From Candidatus Methanomethylicia archaeon (GTDB taxonomy: Archaea > Thermoproteota > Methanomethylicia > CALHIW01), in contig JAWBQF010000021.1 in NCBI GenBank assembly GCA_038845975.1, positions 1-47,956 of the forward strand: DNA of 47,956 bases. Reading direction: 5' to 3'. Below the pieces are notes generated by a model, which was not told where the DNA came from, searched no databases, and saw only the letters and a list, made by a program, of their open reading frames with translations. A program made the position numbers and the translations under genes. This document shows, piece by piece, positions 30,626 to 41,573 of the stretch (its first letter is position 1; each line of letters starts with the position of its first letter).

Positions 30626-31024
30626 CTACTTTATACGCATTATTCTCATTTTACCGGCAAAGTTCCAAACTTCAACTTCTGCACTTGGAGTTAACCTATT
30701 AATTACTTCTTGCTCAATGTAAGCCTTAGGTATCTCAAACATTTTAAATGTTGATAAATCCATTAATTGAACAGTATCATGTAATATCGAAATGACTTGT
30801 GCTACTGACTTTTCAATAACTGGAACATCTATTTTTTGATCTACTGGAGCAACAAATGTATGTTTTGCCCCATCAAAAACACTAATACCAACCACCCTTA
30901 CCTTTGCGCTGCCGTGTTTCCCTGTTTTAGATTTCTCCACTTCAACTACTTTACATGGTTCACCATCAATTATTATGTATGAACCCTCCTTTATTGAACC
31001 TACATCAATGGGTTTTACAGACAT
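30626..31024 (-). CDS. eif5a: Translation factor aIF5A
   Basis: Hypusine loop KSKTGKHGSAK; start taken at MSVKP. Confidence 0.96.
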   Translation of the reverse strand: MSVKPIDVGSIKEGSYIIIDGEPCKVVEVEKSKTGKHGSAKVRVVGISVFDGAKHTFVAPVDQKIDVPVIEKSVAQVISILHDTVQLMDLSTFKMFEIPKAYIEQEVINRLTPSAEVEVWNFAGKMRIMRIK

Positions 31025-31163
31025 ATAGATTCCAATTAGTAATTTTGGGAGTATCACTTATAAGCTTTCGTATTATCTGCATGATAAACTATACTCATGA
31101 TACTAATTCAATATTTCAATTCTATGGTAGTGTTTATATATTGTTGAAAGCTAATATTTTAAT

Positions 31164-32486
31164 GTGGGGTTGCTAGGATCTCTTGGAGAATCATTATATA
31201 ATGCTATTAAAAGATTCCTTGGTAGTCCAATAGCTGATGAAAAGGCTCTAAAAGAACTTCTAAGAGAAATTCAGCGAGCACTTCTTCAAGCTGATGTTAA
31301 TGTAAACCTTGTTTTAAATTTATCAAAAAACATTGAGGAAAAGGTCTTCAAGGAAAAGATTCCATTAGGCATTTCTAGAAAAGACTATGTTTTAAAAATA
31401 GTCTATGATGAGCTTGTCAAACTAGTGGGAGGTGAGAACCCTGTAAAAATTGAGGTAAAACCTGCTAAGCCCTGGGTTATGATGCTAGTAGGTATTCAGG
31501 GAAGTGGAAAGACAACATCAGCAGTAAAAATCGCAAAGTTTCTTAATAAACGTGGAAGCAGGGTAGCTTTAGTATGTGCTGATACATATAGACCAGCTGC
31601 CTATCATCAACTTAAACAACTCGCAGATATGGCAGGAATACCAGTATACGGTGATTTAAATTCAAAGGATTCTATAAAGGTAGCAATTGATGGTGTTTAT
31701 AAATTTAAGAATGAAAAATATGACTATATAATTATTGATACTGCTGGAAGACATAAAGGGGAAAAAGAACTAATGGAAGAAATGAAAAGCATGGCTAAAG
31801 CAATAAATCCTGATGAAATAATTCTTGTAATCGATGGAACTATTGGGCAGCAAGCTATGACCCAAGCATTAGCTTTTAATCAGGCTACAAATATAGGATC
31901 TATATTTATCACTAAACTTAATGGGGCTGCGCGTGGTGGCGGTGCTCTTTCAGCAGCTGCAGCTACAAATGCAAAAATAAAATTTATCGGATTAGGAGAA
32001 AAAATTGATGAAATCGAATTATTTGATCCCAAAAAGTTTGTTGGAAGATTACTTGGAATGGGAGATTTACAAACATTAATTGAAAAAGTTAAAGAAGAGC
32101 TTAAGGAAACAGCTGAAAAACCAGTATCGATTGAACGGTTGTCATTAAATGATATGCTAAAGCAACTACAGACTTTAAAGAAAATGGGACCCTTAGATAA
32201 GATAATATCACTAATACCTGGAATTAGTTATCAAATACCTAAGGAAATAAAGGATATGACTGATGATAAAATAAATAAGTGGATAGTTATAATGCAATCA
32301 ATGACTAAAAATGAACTAGAAAATCCTAACATAATTAGTGGATCAAGAATACGTAGAATAGCTCTTGGATCTGGGACATCTATTAAGGACGTTAAAGATC
32401 TTTTAGATCAGTACTTCAAAATGAAGAAATTAATGAGACAATTCATGAGACAGAAAAAATTCTTTAAAATGATTAAAGTTAAATAA
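31164..32486 (+). CDS. srp54: Signal recognition particle protein SRP54
   Basis: ALLQADVN, GIQGSGKTT, DTYRPAA, DTAGR, RLLGMGD, M-domain SMT..E..NP...SRI.RIA.GSG; G4 motif reads TKLN. Confidence 0.97.
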   Translation: MGLLGSLGESLYNAIKRFLGSPIADEKALKELLREIQRALLQADVNVNLVLNLSKNIEEKVFKEKIPLGISRKDYVLKIVYDELVKLVGGENPVKIEVKPAKPWVMMLVGIQGSGKTTSAVKIAKFLNKRGSRVALVCADTYRPAAYHQLKQLADMAGIPVYGDLNSKDSIKVAIDGVYKFKNEKYDYIIIDTAGRHKGEKELMEEMKSMAKAINPDEIILVIDGTIGQQAMTQALAFNQATNIGSIFITKLNGAARGGGALSAAAATNAKIKFIGLGEKIDEIELFDPKKFVGRLLGMGDLQTLIEKVKEELKETAEKPVSIERLSLNDMLKQLQTLKKMGPLDKIISLIPGISYQIPKEIKDMTDDKINKWIVIMQSMTKNELENPNIISGSRIRRIALGSGTSIKDVKDLLDQYFKMKKLMRQFMRQKKFFKMIKVK

Positions 32487-32530
32487 TTATATAATGGCTT
32501 AAATTACATTATAAACATGGTGATAGAGAA

Positions 32531-33856
32531 GTGCGCATAGCTGAAGTAGCATTAAAAATTATGTCTGAGCATAAAATATGTGATCCATGTTTAGGAAGAT
32601 TATTCAGTATGTTAGGAAGAAATGTGGACAACTATAATAAGGGAAAGGCTATAAAAACATCCATATACCTCTCAGCTTGTAAGAATTTATTAAAAGGTAA
32701 TGGCGAAAACGGGACAAAAATACTTAAGATAATAGCTAAAAATGGAAACTTCAAGCCTGCATATAGCATACTTAGAGAGCTTAATATCTCTATTAATGGA
32801 GAAAAATTTGTATGTGAACTATGTGGTGGGCTTATAGATAAAATAGATGAATACATTCATACCGCTGTGGAGAAGCTTAAAAATATAGAATATAGCACAT
32901 TTATTGTTGGTGTAACGATACCGCCAGAACTTGTAAGCAGGGAAGATGCTATAAGATCAAAATTTAAGTTGTCATATGTCGAAGCCCTAAAGAGAGAGCT
33001 TAACAGAAGAATAGGATTAAAAATGACTCTATTGACTGGTAAACATGTTGAATTTAAAAATCCTGACGTATTAGTTCATATAGATTTTATGAGAGGAATT
33101 GTAAATGTAAAGGCTAGATCAATATTTATATTTGGGCGCTATCTTAAGCTTAAAAGAGAGATACCTCAAAATATATGGATATGTAATAACTGTAATGGTT
33201 TAGGATGTACTCAATGTAATTGGACTGGAAGAAAGTATCAAATAAGTATAGAAGAACTTATTGGAGACCCTATATTAAAGATATTTAATGCGAAAAAGTG
33301 GAAATTCCATGGAGCAGGAAGAGAAGATGTAGATGCTAGAGTCTTAGGACGAGGAAGACCATTTGTAATAGAAATTATTGAGCCCAAAAAAAGAAATATT
33401 AAACTAGAAGATATAGCCAAAGTAGTGAATGATTCAAGTAGGGAATTAGTAAAAATACAAGATTTAACATATGTAAGTAAATCATTAATTAAAGACTTAA
33501 AAATTAAAGCAAAAATTGCTAAAAAAACATATAATGTAAAGATTAAAGTTGAAGGAGGAGTAAGTGAAGAGGAATTAAAGAATCTTGTTGAAACTTTCAG
33601 AAACATTATTGTTGAGCAAAGAACACCAATACGTGTTCTTAGAAGAAGACCTGACAAAATAAGGAGAAAGAGAATATATAGTGTTAACGTAAAAATTATT
33701 AGCAATGATGTTTTCGAAGCTACAATAACATGTCAAGGTGGATTATACATTAAGGAAGTTGTTTCAGGAGATAATGGAAGAACTAAACCGAGCTTTACTG
33801 AAGTTCTTAATAAGAAAGCTATGTGTCTAGAGTTAGATGTTATTGATGTTGAATAA
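32531..33856 (+). CDS. pus10: tRNA pseudouridine(54/55) synthase Pus10
   Basis: CD.CLGR.F, GRYLKL.R.IPQ..W, FHGAGREDVDARVLG.GRPF, GGLYIKE..SGD.GRT.PS. Confidence 0.95.
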   Translation: MRIAEVALKIMSEHKICDPCLGRLFSMLGRNVDNYNKGKAIKTSIYLSACKNLLKGNGENGTKILKIIAKNGNFKPAYSILRELNISINGEKFVCELCGGLIDKIDEYIHTAVEKLKNIEYSTFIVGVTIPPELVSREDAIRSKFKLSYVEALKRELNRRIGLKMTLLTGKHVEFKNPDVLVHIDFMRGIVNVKARSIFIFGRYLKLKREIPQNIWICNNCNGLGCTQCNWTGRKYQISIEELIGDPILKIFNAKKWKFHGAGREDVDARVLGRGRPFVIEIIEPKKRNIKLEDIAKVVNDSSRELVKIQDLTYVSKSLIKDLKIKAKIAKKTYNVKIKVEGGVSEEELKNLVETFRNIIVEQRTPIRVLRRRPDKIRRKRIYSVNVKIISNDVFEATITCQGGLYIKEVVSGDNGRTKPSFTEVLNKKAMCLELDVIDVE

Positions 33857-33940
33857 TGTTATTGAAAGCAAAAACTTTGCATTAATATTATAGAGTTAGA
33901 CATTATAAAGTGGAAGTATTAAATACATTGAAAGTCAGCG

Positions 33941-34138
33941 CAGCTTTGTTAACTTAAGTATGTGTTATCACATCTATTTTTGGTATTGTATCTTCTATGA
34001 ATTCTTAGCTTTTATCTTCTTATTAATCTATGTCTCGTTTAGCATGTATACTATTGACTTCACAACAAATCTAACAATTTTAATCATACTGACACATAAA
34101 TAAGGGTCTCCAAAATAAAGCTAAAGTTAACAAAGCTG
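33941..34138. mobile_element. Family-A MITE, short (about 198 bp), inverted copy
   Basis: Perfect 15-bp TIR CAGCTTTGTTAACTT/AAGTTAACAAAGCTG; flanks TCAGCG/TCAGTG; carries reverse complement of the shared AAGCTAAGAATTCATAGAA core. Confidence 0.85.
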
Positions 34139-34500
34139 TCAGTGTAGAGTAAAAGCTTAAAATCTGTTGTTAAAATATTACTGGCTTTCTAAGTTAACAG
34201 TATAATTCCTACTCGAGAGAAAATAAGAAATCGCATAAGCAAGGAAAATAAAAATGTCCAGTAATTTCGTCACTATCCCAATTTGCCAGATAGATTTTCT
34301 CACATTGTGTTTCTCAAAATTAGCATAATCCAACATAACTCTGCAAAAAGGCCCTATACCAGACTTAGTGAAACTTCTCAAACTAAGAGGTAAAGGCATC
34401 AATTATAAGCTAACGAGCACATATGAACACTAGATATAAAACAAACATTCAGCAACTAGAGTTGTTAGGAGAATGGTAGAAGCTCTGCTTTTACAATAAT

Positions 34501-35070
34501 TTAAACTTTCTTTACAAATAAGCAGTATTTTTCATCTCCAGAAATTTCTTTTAGAATTCTTTCAACAATAATTTTTTTTGCATCTATTCCTACTCTCTCT
34601 TTAATGTCCTGAAAATTTCTAAATGGTTCACGTTTCCTTTCTTCAATTATCGACCACATGAGTTTTTTACCAATTTTAGGTAAAAGTTCAAGGGCATGTA
34701 ATCTGGTAGTTATGGCTTCCGCCTCATTAAAGAAATTTATGAACCTTTTTTCATTTACTTCAACAATTTTTTCTACTGTAACTGGTAAATTATCTCTTGC
34801 AATGCTTGTTAAATCATTGTAGCCTATTCTTCTTTTAACACGTGAAATTTTATCTCTCCCTTCTCTACCAATATATACTCTTTCTCCTGCTAAAAATGTA
34901 ACTTCTGGCTTAGCTATGAGCTCTAAGAGAATAAAGTAATTTTCACCAATAACTTGCACGATTGATTCCCCTCGCCTAAGGACCTTAAAATCTAAAGTAT
35001 ATCCTTGAGGTAAATGATCTAGTACATAAGCATAATCCTCATATATCCTTTGCTTCTTCATAAGTTCCAC
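34501..35070 (-). CDS. DUF655 family predicted RNA-binding protein
   Basis: EDYAYVLD.LP.G, Q.IGE.YF.LLE, FFNEA.AITTRLHALELLP.IGKK. Confidence 0.9.
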   Translation of the reverse strand: MELMKKQRIYEDYAYVLDHLPQGYTLDFKVLRRGESIVQVIGENYFILLELIAKPEVTFLAGERVYIGREGRDKISRVKRRIGYNDLTSIARDNLPVTVEKIVEVNEKRFINFFNEAEAITTRLHALELLPKIGKKLMWSIIEERKREPFRNFQDIKERVGIDAKKIIVERILKEISGDEKYCLFVKKV

Positions 35071-35078
35071 TTATTATT

Positions 35079-35411
35079 TTAAGTTGATATTGTCTCAAGA
35101 ATTCTTTGTAAAATCTTGTTTAAGTCATCATCCTTAACTTTCTTACTTTGTTGAGTAATAGTTCTTAATTCTTCAATGGTCTTAGGAAGAATATTAACAA
35201 TTTGAACAGCAATATGCCGTTCAAGATTAAATTCCTTAATTAACTTATTTAAAAGATCTTCAGCACTTTTAAAATCAATTTTAACAAATTTAGATATGTA
35301 GTCTAAGGTTATTTGCTGCATATAATCTAGCTCTGAGTTTTCTAATAGCTCCTCAATAACTTTTTTAACATGAGCTAACGTTACTTCTTCGCTTTTCAAT
35401 ATTTTTCTCAA
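35079..35411 (-). CDS. rpo4: RNA polymerase subunit Rpo4 (F)
   Basis: VTLA.VK, ELDYMQQITLDY..KF.K, AVQIVNILPKT.EELR. Confidence 0.9.
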   Translation of the reverse strand: MRKILKSEEVTLAHVKKVIEELLENSELDYMQQITLDYISKFVKIDFKSAEDLLNKLIKEFNLERHIAVQIVNILPKTIEELRTITQQSKKVKDDDLNKILQRILETIST

Positions 35412-35479
35412 AAAACCACCGATTATTTTAATGTAAATTCCCGTATTTAAATTTACTCATATATAAGCATTGTTCTATT

Positions 35480-36780
35480 AACTTTAGAAGTATTATCCTA
35501 TACTTGTATGATTTGGTTTTGTTACTTGTAAATGTTAGGTTTATTATCCTTAGGAGTCTAAATACTATCAAGACTACTAAATAGCTAACAAGCATTAGAA
35601 GAGAATCTAATATACTAGATACTCACCACATTAGCATGCGAGGAAGTATTCAGACAACTAAACCACCTATTAAAACTATACATAAATAACAAGAAGATAT
35701 AGAACATCTTTAAAGGCCACAATTCAGAATAATGACAGGAACACTATACTACGTGAGATATAAAATGTATAGCCTCATAGATTACTATAGTTAGAAAACT
35801 TGTTCAATACCATATAATAGTTTACATATGGCATGTTATGAATAGATCTTTATATTGTCCTTAAAGTTTATACTAAGTGATTGTTTATATCTATTATCTG
35901 TGATATGTTTGATTGATAACTTGTTTTTAGGTTATATTATGAAAAATAGGTATAATCTTTTCATTATTCTAGGTCTTGATGAACAGCTATTTACATCCAT
36001 AAATCATTCAAAAACTTATCAACATTTTAACAGCTGTCATGTCAACTTTAGATGCTTACATTATTTTTATCATCTCTTTGCCAGGTTTTCATTTTATTTA
36101 TTTTTTCTATTTTCCACATGATGTTTCCTCATTTATTGATGTATGTGATCTTATCTAATTATAATATGCATGTGTACATTAGCCTTCTAGCATGTCCTAA
36201 TAGTTTTCCACATTTGCATGGTATGCATTAATCACGTCTCCTAATAAAGCCTCTAAATGCCTCATTAGATTTCTCAAATTTTGCATTTATCAACTTGGTA
36301 CGTCCTAACTTATTAGAGCTTTAACCGCGTAACATAGCATTGTGAATGATCAGTAGTAGCTATTTTAACATCATACCTTTACCTTCACCTCAAATCTATA
36401 TGAACATGTAGGCATCAGGATTGCTATGTGAAGAATGATAAGTAAGTATATGCTATTCTTCTTAAATATAACCATATACCTACTACGAAAATGAATCTTA
36501 ATAGTATACCCATCAACATATACTCTCCCAACATGACCAATGCAAATAAATAATGATGTTAAGTAATCAAATCTATGAATCCAATTATGTATTTATAGCT
36601 TACATAGGTAGAATCTACCAGATTCATTTCAAATTGTATCCAGAAAAGTAAATTAATAAGGCTTGAAGTACAAATATAGATGATATTCCTGTCATAACAA
36701 AGAAAATCATAACCGTCAAACATACTTCGATGTAGAATAAGAATACTCTTAATTGAACATCCAAGTTGACAGAACATTTA
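35480..36780. mobile_element. Mosaic of decayed IS relics
   Basis: About 36220-36375 aligns by eye with 23211-23365 (ATTAATCACG..CTAATAAA...TGATCA.T.GTAGCTATTT...CATCA); no intact ORF; limits approximate. Confidence 0.55.
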
Positions 36781-36785
36781 GCAAT

Positions 36786-37283
36786 GGCTTTGTGAACTTT
36801 AGCTTTATTTATGGTGATATGGTTAGGTTGTGGGTTTTGTTTTGCTCTGTTTATTCTAGTTTTATATTGCTATATATTTTGTTCATCTAGTATAGTTTAT
36901 ATGTTTTAAGCTTATTATGTAGAGTTATATCTATGTTACGGTTTATCTTAAGCTATTTAAATTTAATAAGAGAATGTTAAGATTGATAGTTAAGGATACT
37001 AGTATGGTTAAGTTCTAGAAATAGTATTTACCTGGTATTATTAAAAGAATTCTTAATACATATGTTTACGATATTGTAAATACATTTACATCCTAACATT
37101 ATCACCAAAAGAGAATACAGTATAGGATAGATTACATATCATGTATAGAGTAGTGATAGCGAACATGTACTCATGATTATAGATTAACAGCTAAACAAAC
37201 ATAGGATAATAGGATAAAGCTAAGAATTCATAGAAACACAAACCGAAATAGAAGTGGTAAAACATATTTAAATCCGTAAAGCC
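36786..37283. mobile_element. Family-A MITE, full length (about 500 bp)
   Basis: Ends GGCTTTGTGAACTTTAG...TTAAATCCGTAAAGCC; collinear with 24416-24970 (GGTTTATCTTAAGCT, TACA.TCCTAACATT, GAACA.GTACTCATGATTAT). Confidence 0.8.
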
Positions 37284-37379
37284 AGGAAGAAATAAAAATG
37301 CTATTTATTGGCAGGATTATAGATTGCCATGTAAGAATAATATTTAAATAATTCACGGTATTTTAGCTAATGATCTAAT

Positions 37380-37697
37380 ATGGTTAAGCGCTCTCTTGGA
37401 TATCGTTCCCGCTCCCGCTCTTTACTATCAAAACATCCACGTCAACATGGGTTAAGAGGACTTAGTACATATTTGATTAACTATAATATTGGTGATAAAG
37501 TAATAATTAAGATAGATCCCTCTACTCATAAGGGTGCACCTCATAGGCGATATCATGGTAAAACAGGCACAATTATAGGAAAGAGAGGACGTGCTTATAT
37601 AGTAGGCATTCAAGTCGGCTCTAAATTTAAAAAAATAATTGCAAGATGTGAACATTTAAGTCCCCATCACCAAACTAATGTATTAATCGTAAAATGA
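37380..37697 (+). CDS. rpl21e: 50S ribosomal protein L21e
   Basis: S.GYRSRSR.LL.K.PR, GDKV.IKIDPS.HKG.PHRRYHGKTG...GKRGRAY. Confidence 0.96.
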   Translation: MVKRSLGYRSRSRSLLSKHPRQHGLRGLSTYLINYNIGDKVIIKIDPSTHKGAPHRRYHGKTGTIIGKRGRAYIVGIQVGSKFKKIIARCEHLSPHHQTNVLIVK

Positions 37698-37728
37698 GTT
37701 TACTTATGAGGTATTTTCAAGATATTTA

Positions 37729-38220
37729 AGTCTTGTGTTTTATGTCTATGGTGGCTTGTAGTTTGGTAGCAAATTGATTAGGTTTCTGCTTTCCTATTTG
37801 TTATGATTAAGATATGTTACTTCTATGTTGTTAGTATGTCGTAAACGGAAGGTTCTAGTACGGTATTAGTTATAGCTTGAAGGATTTGGAAGTTAATGTA
37901 TGGAATGAAGCACTAAAATTATAGCCTCTAAAATAAATAGATGGATAGCTATAAATAGTCATATAGCTTAAGTAGATAATAAGATATGATAACGATTAGA
38001 AGTAATGTAAGAGCTTAGTAGTTGCTAGTAAGAAACTTGTTAATGACTTAAAGCTTTAATTTTTTCAATAAGCTTTACACTAAGTTGAAGAATATTAAGA
38101 TTTAGAGTTCAACATACAATACGTTAAAAATAGAATATGACTATACAAAATAATAGAATAAACAATAAAAGACAAAAAATACCTAACAACAAACCACATA
38201 AAATATAAAACCTAAAAGCC
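37729..38220. mobile_element. Decayed IS/MITE relic
   Basis: Degenerate inverted ends of about 35 bp, G/T-rich left arm and A/C-rich right arm as in the other relics; limits approximate. Confidence 0.5.
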
Positions 38221-38401
38221 TAGCAGCTTAAAGAGACTGAGGATATTAAATACATTAATTATTTGTGCTTCGTTTTACCTATGTATTGAACTTATTGCAA
38301 AACTTTACTGTCAAGCTTAACGGCTAATCTTCAGTATATTAAAGTAGTTTATAAAATTGTTATTAGATGTTTACGCCTACATCTGAAGTTTTATAATAAG
38401 T

Positions 38402-38929
38402 TTACTGTGTTTGACTTACTGTTTTAGGTTCTAAAGGTTCCATTACTATTTGTGATGGGATCGGTATCTTACTCTTGCCACGTTTCAGAGCCTCTTTAGC
38501 AGCTTCTATGTAAGGTTTCTTAACCTTCACTACTACTATGTTCTGTCCTGCTTTAACTCGGGCTGCCAGTCCAATTGGCTTTCCAAAAGCCTGGCGCATG
38601 CCATCCTGAATTCTATCAGCACCTGCAAATGCCATCATTTTGTTCTCTCTAATTACTTGATGAGGATATACAAGTAATTTAAAGTAAAAGCTTCCTGAAA
38701 TTCTATTTGAAAGAGATTTTGTTATCATCACTCTTGCAGATTCAAGAGCATTATGTCTTATTTGCCCATTTTCAAGTGTTCTTATATATAATGCATAGTC
38801 ATATTCCCCATTTGGGTCTCCATCTTCAAACTTTGCAATTTTACATGCAGGCACTCCAGGTATATATTCCTTTCGAGTATAGGGTGGAGTGTCTATTCGT
38901 CTATAACATCTTCCAGGCCTTAATGGCAT
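38402..38929 (-). CDS. rpl10e: 50S ribosomal protein uL16 (L10e)
   Basis: MPLRPGRCYR, QIRHNALESAR, YPHQVIRENKM...AGADRIQDGMRQAFGKP. Confidence 0.97.
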   Translation of the reverse strand: MPLRPGRCYRRIDTPPYTRKEYIPGVPACKIAKFEDGDPNGEYDYALYIRTLENGQIRHNALESARVMITKSLSNRISGSFYFKLLVYPHQVIRENKMMAFAGADRIQDGMRQAFGKPIGLAARVKAGQNIVVVKVKKPYIEAAKEALKRGKSKIPIPSQIVMEPLEPKTVSQTQ

Positions 38930-38987
38930 ATATTAGCACCTTAATTCTGTTCTTATAATGCTATATTTAAAGCTTTAGCATAAAGAC

Positions 38988-39383
38988 TTATGATTCTTTA
39001 CCTAATTTCTCTTTAATTTTTTCTTCTAAAGATTTTATTTTATTTTTCTCCTTAATAAAAATTCTAGTAGGCATTTTAACATAAATGCCTAATCTATGAA
39101 ATAAAGTTAAAAGCTCTTCACCAGTAATAATACTAGTAGATAATTTACCATTAATAACGTACTTCACAAGTAATGATAATAAATTTTTAGTTTCTAAAGG
39201 GTACTGTATTAGTGCCTGATCAAGAACGGTTTTGGCTTTCTCTGTAAGAAATGGAGCTATGATTTTAATAGGATCTTGTAGCTTAGAATCAGACTTTAAG
39301 CTACTAGCTTCATCTTTAATCTTCTTTGCTAACATTTTAACAAGCTTCTTACCTCTTAGTAATTCGATATCTTCATTTGCCAT
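38988..39383 (-). CDS. PDCD5-like (dsDNA-binding domain) protein
   Basis: LTEKA..VL..A..QYP...I.GEELL.LF..LG..V...TRI pattern resembles PDCD5/TFAR19; start taken at MANED. Confidence 0.55.
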   Translation of the reverse strand: MANEDIELLRGKKLVKMLAKKIKDEASSLKSDSKLQDPIKIIAPFLTEKAKTVLDQALIQYPLETKNLLSLLVKYVINGKLSTSIITGEELLTLFHRLGIYVKMPTRIFIKEKNKIKSLEEKIKEKLGKES

Positions 39384-39854
39384 TTTGACACCATAAAAAC
39401 TAATTGCAGTCACTTTTAAATATTTTAGATATAAGCAATATATACCATGTATTTACAGAAGATCCCTCAATACAGAATTCTACAAAGATTATTAGTAGTT
39501 TTTTATTCCTACTACAGATAGAATTATAACCTTATTCTTATCTTCTCATCTCAGCATTTATGTATTATGCTTTTTCTAGGTCTACCAGGTCTAGACTTAT
39601 CAATTAACTCATTAGTACCATAGGTGCATTCTCAGTCCTATTATGAACTGTATGTCGCCTAACATTAAGGCTTTTGACAACACTCGAGACTTACTATATC
39701 TACTAATTAAGTGTGATTAAAGTCTTTAACAGCCATCTGAGTTACAAAGTTTAATTAACTAGAAATAACTAAATTTAAGGGTAAGTACCATACTAAAATA
39801 ATAGTTATGTTAGCTAGCATAATAAGACATTGGTCATGATATAAATGGAGAGAA

Positions 39855-40484
39855 ATGATGAAGAAGGTTCAGCTTAAAATCATACTTCAAAAAATTCCCG
39901 AACATCCTAATCCTAAGATATGGTATGAGCAGTATACGATAGATTCTACTTCAGCATCTGAAATCTTATGGATAGCCCATACAGTTTATAATGAAATTTC
40001 TGATAAAAAAGTTATGGATTTAGGTTGCGGAACAGGAAGATTAACTATTGGAGCCGCTATACTGGGTGCTAGTTATGTCATTGGTATAGATCTAGACAAA
40101 GAATCATTAGATATTGCGAAAAAATACTCAAATATTATCGGAGTACGTGGCCTGACTGACTTTATACTTACAGATATAAAGTACTTGCCTGTTAGATTCG
40201 TAGATACTGTGATTCAAAATCCACCCTTTGGGGTGCAAGTTAGAGGAATGGATACAGTATTTCTAAGTATAGCACTAAGCAAGGCAAAGGCTATTTTCTC
40301 TATCCATAAATCTAATATTAAAAGTAGAAATTACTTAACAAAAATAATTAATAAAAAGAGAGGATATATTAAGGGAATCTATACACTAGAAATATTAATA
40401 CCTGCTACATATAAATTTCATAGAAAAAGAAACTATAGAGTAAAGGCTGATCTATACATAATACGAATGGAGGACAACAAATGA
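39855..40484 (+). CDS. METTL5-family RNA adenine methyltransferase (COG2263)
   Basis: PK...EQY, DLGCGTG.L.IGA, QNPPFG, FH.K. Confidence 0.9.
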   Translation: MMKKVQLKIILQKIPEHPNPKIWYEQYTIDSTSASEILWIAHTVYNEISDKKVMDLGCGTGRLTIGAAILGASYVIGIDLDKESLDIAKKYSNIIGVRGLTDFILTDIKYLPVRFVDTVIQNPPFGVQVRGMDTVFLSIALSKAKAIFSIHKSNIKSRNYLTKIINKKRGYIKGIYTLEILIPATYKFHRKRNYRVKADLYIIRMEDNK

Positions 40485-41044
40485 AGATTAAACATGGTGA
40501 TATTGTAATCCCTGGAGATATTCTCGGAACCATTGAAGAGTGGGTACTAGGTGAAAATGTGTATGAGTTTAATGGTGAAATAATTTCCCTTACAACTGGG
40601 TATATATATATTGATAAGAGTGAAAGAAAAATAAGTGTTAAAAAAGTTAAGAATAAACCACTAATTCCAAAGAAGGGAGATGTTATAAGAGCTATTGTTA
40701 ATAGTGTAAGAAGCGATTTTGCACAATTAGGAATTTTCGAAGTAAATGGTGAAGAAATTTATGGCAAAAGATTCTCATCAATTCTACATATAATTAATGC
40801 TAGACATAACCGATCTGAAACTCTACATGACCTCATAAAAGCTGGAGACATCATAGAGGCAAGAGTGCTAAACTCTACAGTACCATACCAATTAACTATA
40901 AAAGAGCCAGAGCTCGGAGTTATATTAGCATTATGTGTTAACTGTCGTAGCCCATTAAAAAGAATAGGCAAAAATCAGCTTTTCTGTATAAAGTGCGGCT
41001 TAATCGGAAAAAGAAGAATTTCTATAAACTATATATTTAGATAA
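40481..41044 (+). CDS. csl4: Exosome RNA-binding cap protein Csl4
   Basis: V.PGD.LG.IEE...GENVYE, S1 domain, GDII.ARV, ELGVI.A.C..C...C..CG....R.IS. Confidence 0.93.
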   Translation: MKIKHGDIVIPGDILGTIEEWVLGENVYEFNGEIISLTTGYIYIDKSERKISVKKVKNKPLIPKKGDVIRAIVNSVRSDFAQLGIFEVNGEEIYGKRFSSILHIINARHNRSETLHDLIKAGDIIEARVLNSTVPYQLTIKEPELGVILALCVNCRSPLKRIGKNQLFCIKCGLIGKRRISINYIFR

Positions 41045-41573
41045 TTATCTTTGATTACATATTTTCTTCCCTAATAAGCTTACAGGATTGTAGTTCCCAT
41101 CAGACATGGGTGATCAGCTATAGTAATTAGTGAAATTTAAGTACATTAATATATTGAATATGTGATTTTGAAGAATGTTTATGCTCTTTAGTTCTTCTAT
41201 GTTGCATATTCATTGCTAAACAGTTTTAACTATCTAGACTTCTTACATATGTTAATTAAGGTACTGGTATTCATAGTTACTGAACTAGCTTAGAGGCTTA
41301 AATACTCTTCAATAAACTTAGGGTAATGATATATAGTTAATAGGAAGTAAAGCCAAGATCAAATATTTACAATGATGAATACTCATCATAAGCACGATTG
41401 GAAGAATTGACTCAACCATTAATTTGTAAACTCAAAGGGTGAATATATAAAGGGTAAAGTACATGTTAATAACTGTGAGAATAAATGTAGCCTAATAAGA
41501 CCATAGCTATCAATACATAGAAAATATAAAAACTAAACATACCAACTTACTCAAATTCTAAAGATATAAAACT

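Noticed and set aside
34178-36777. ORFs 34178-34402, 35855-36121 and 36559-36777
   Set aside because: Low-information translations within or next to decayed mobile DNA; no clear RBS or motifs
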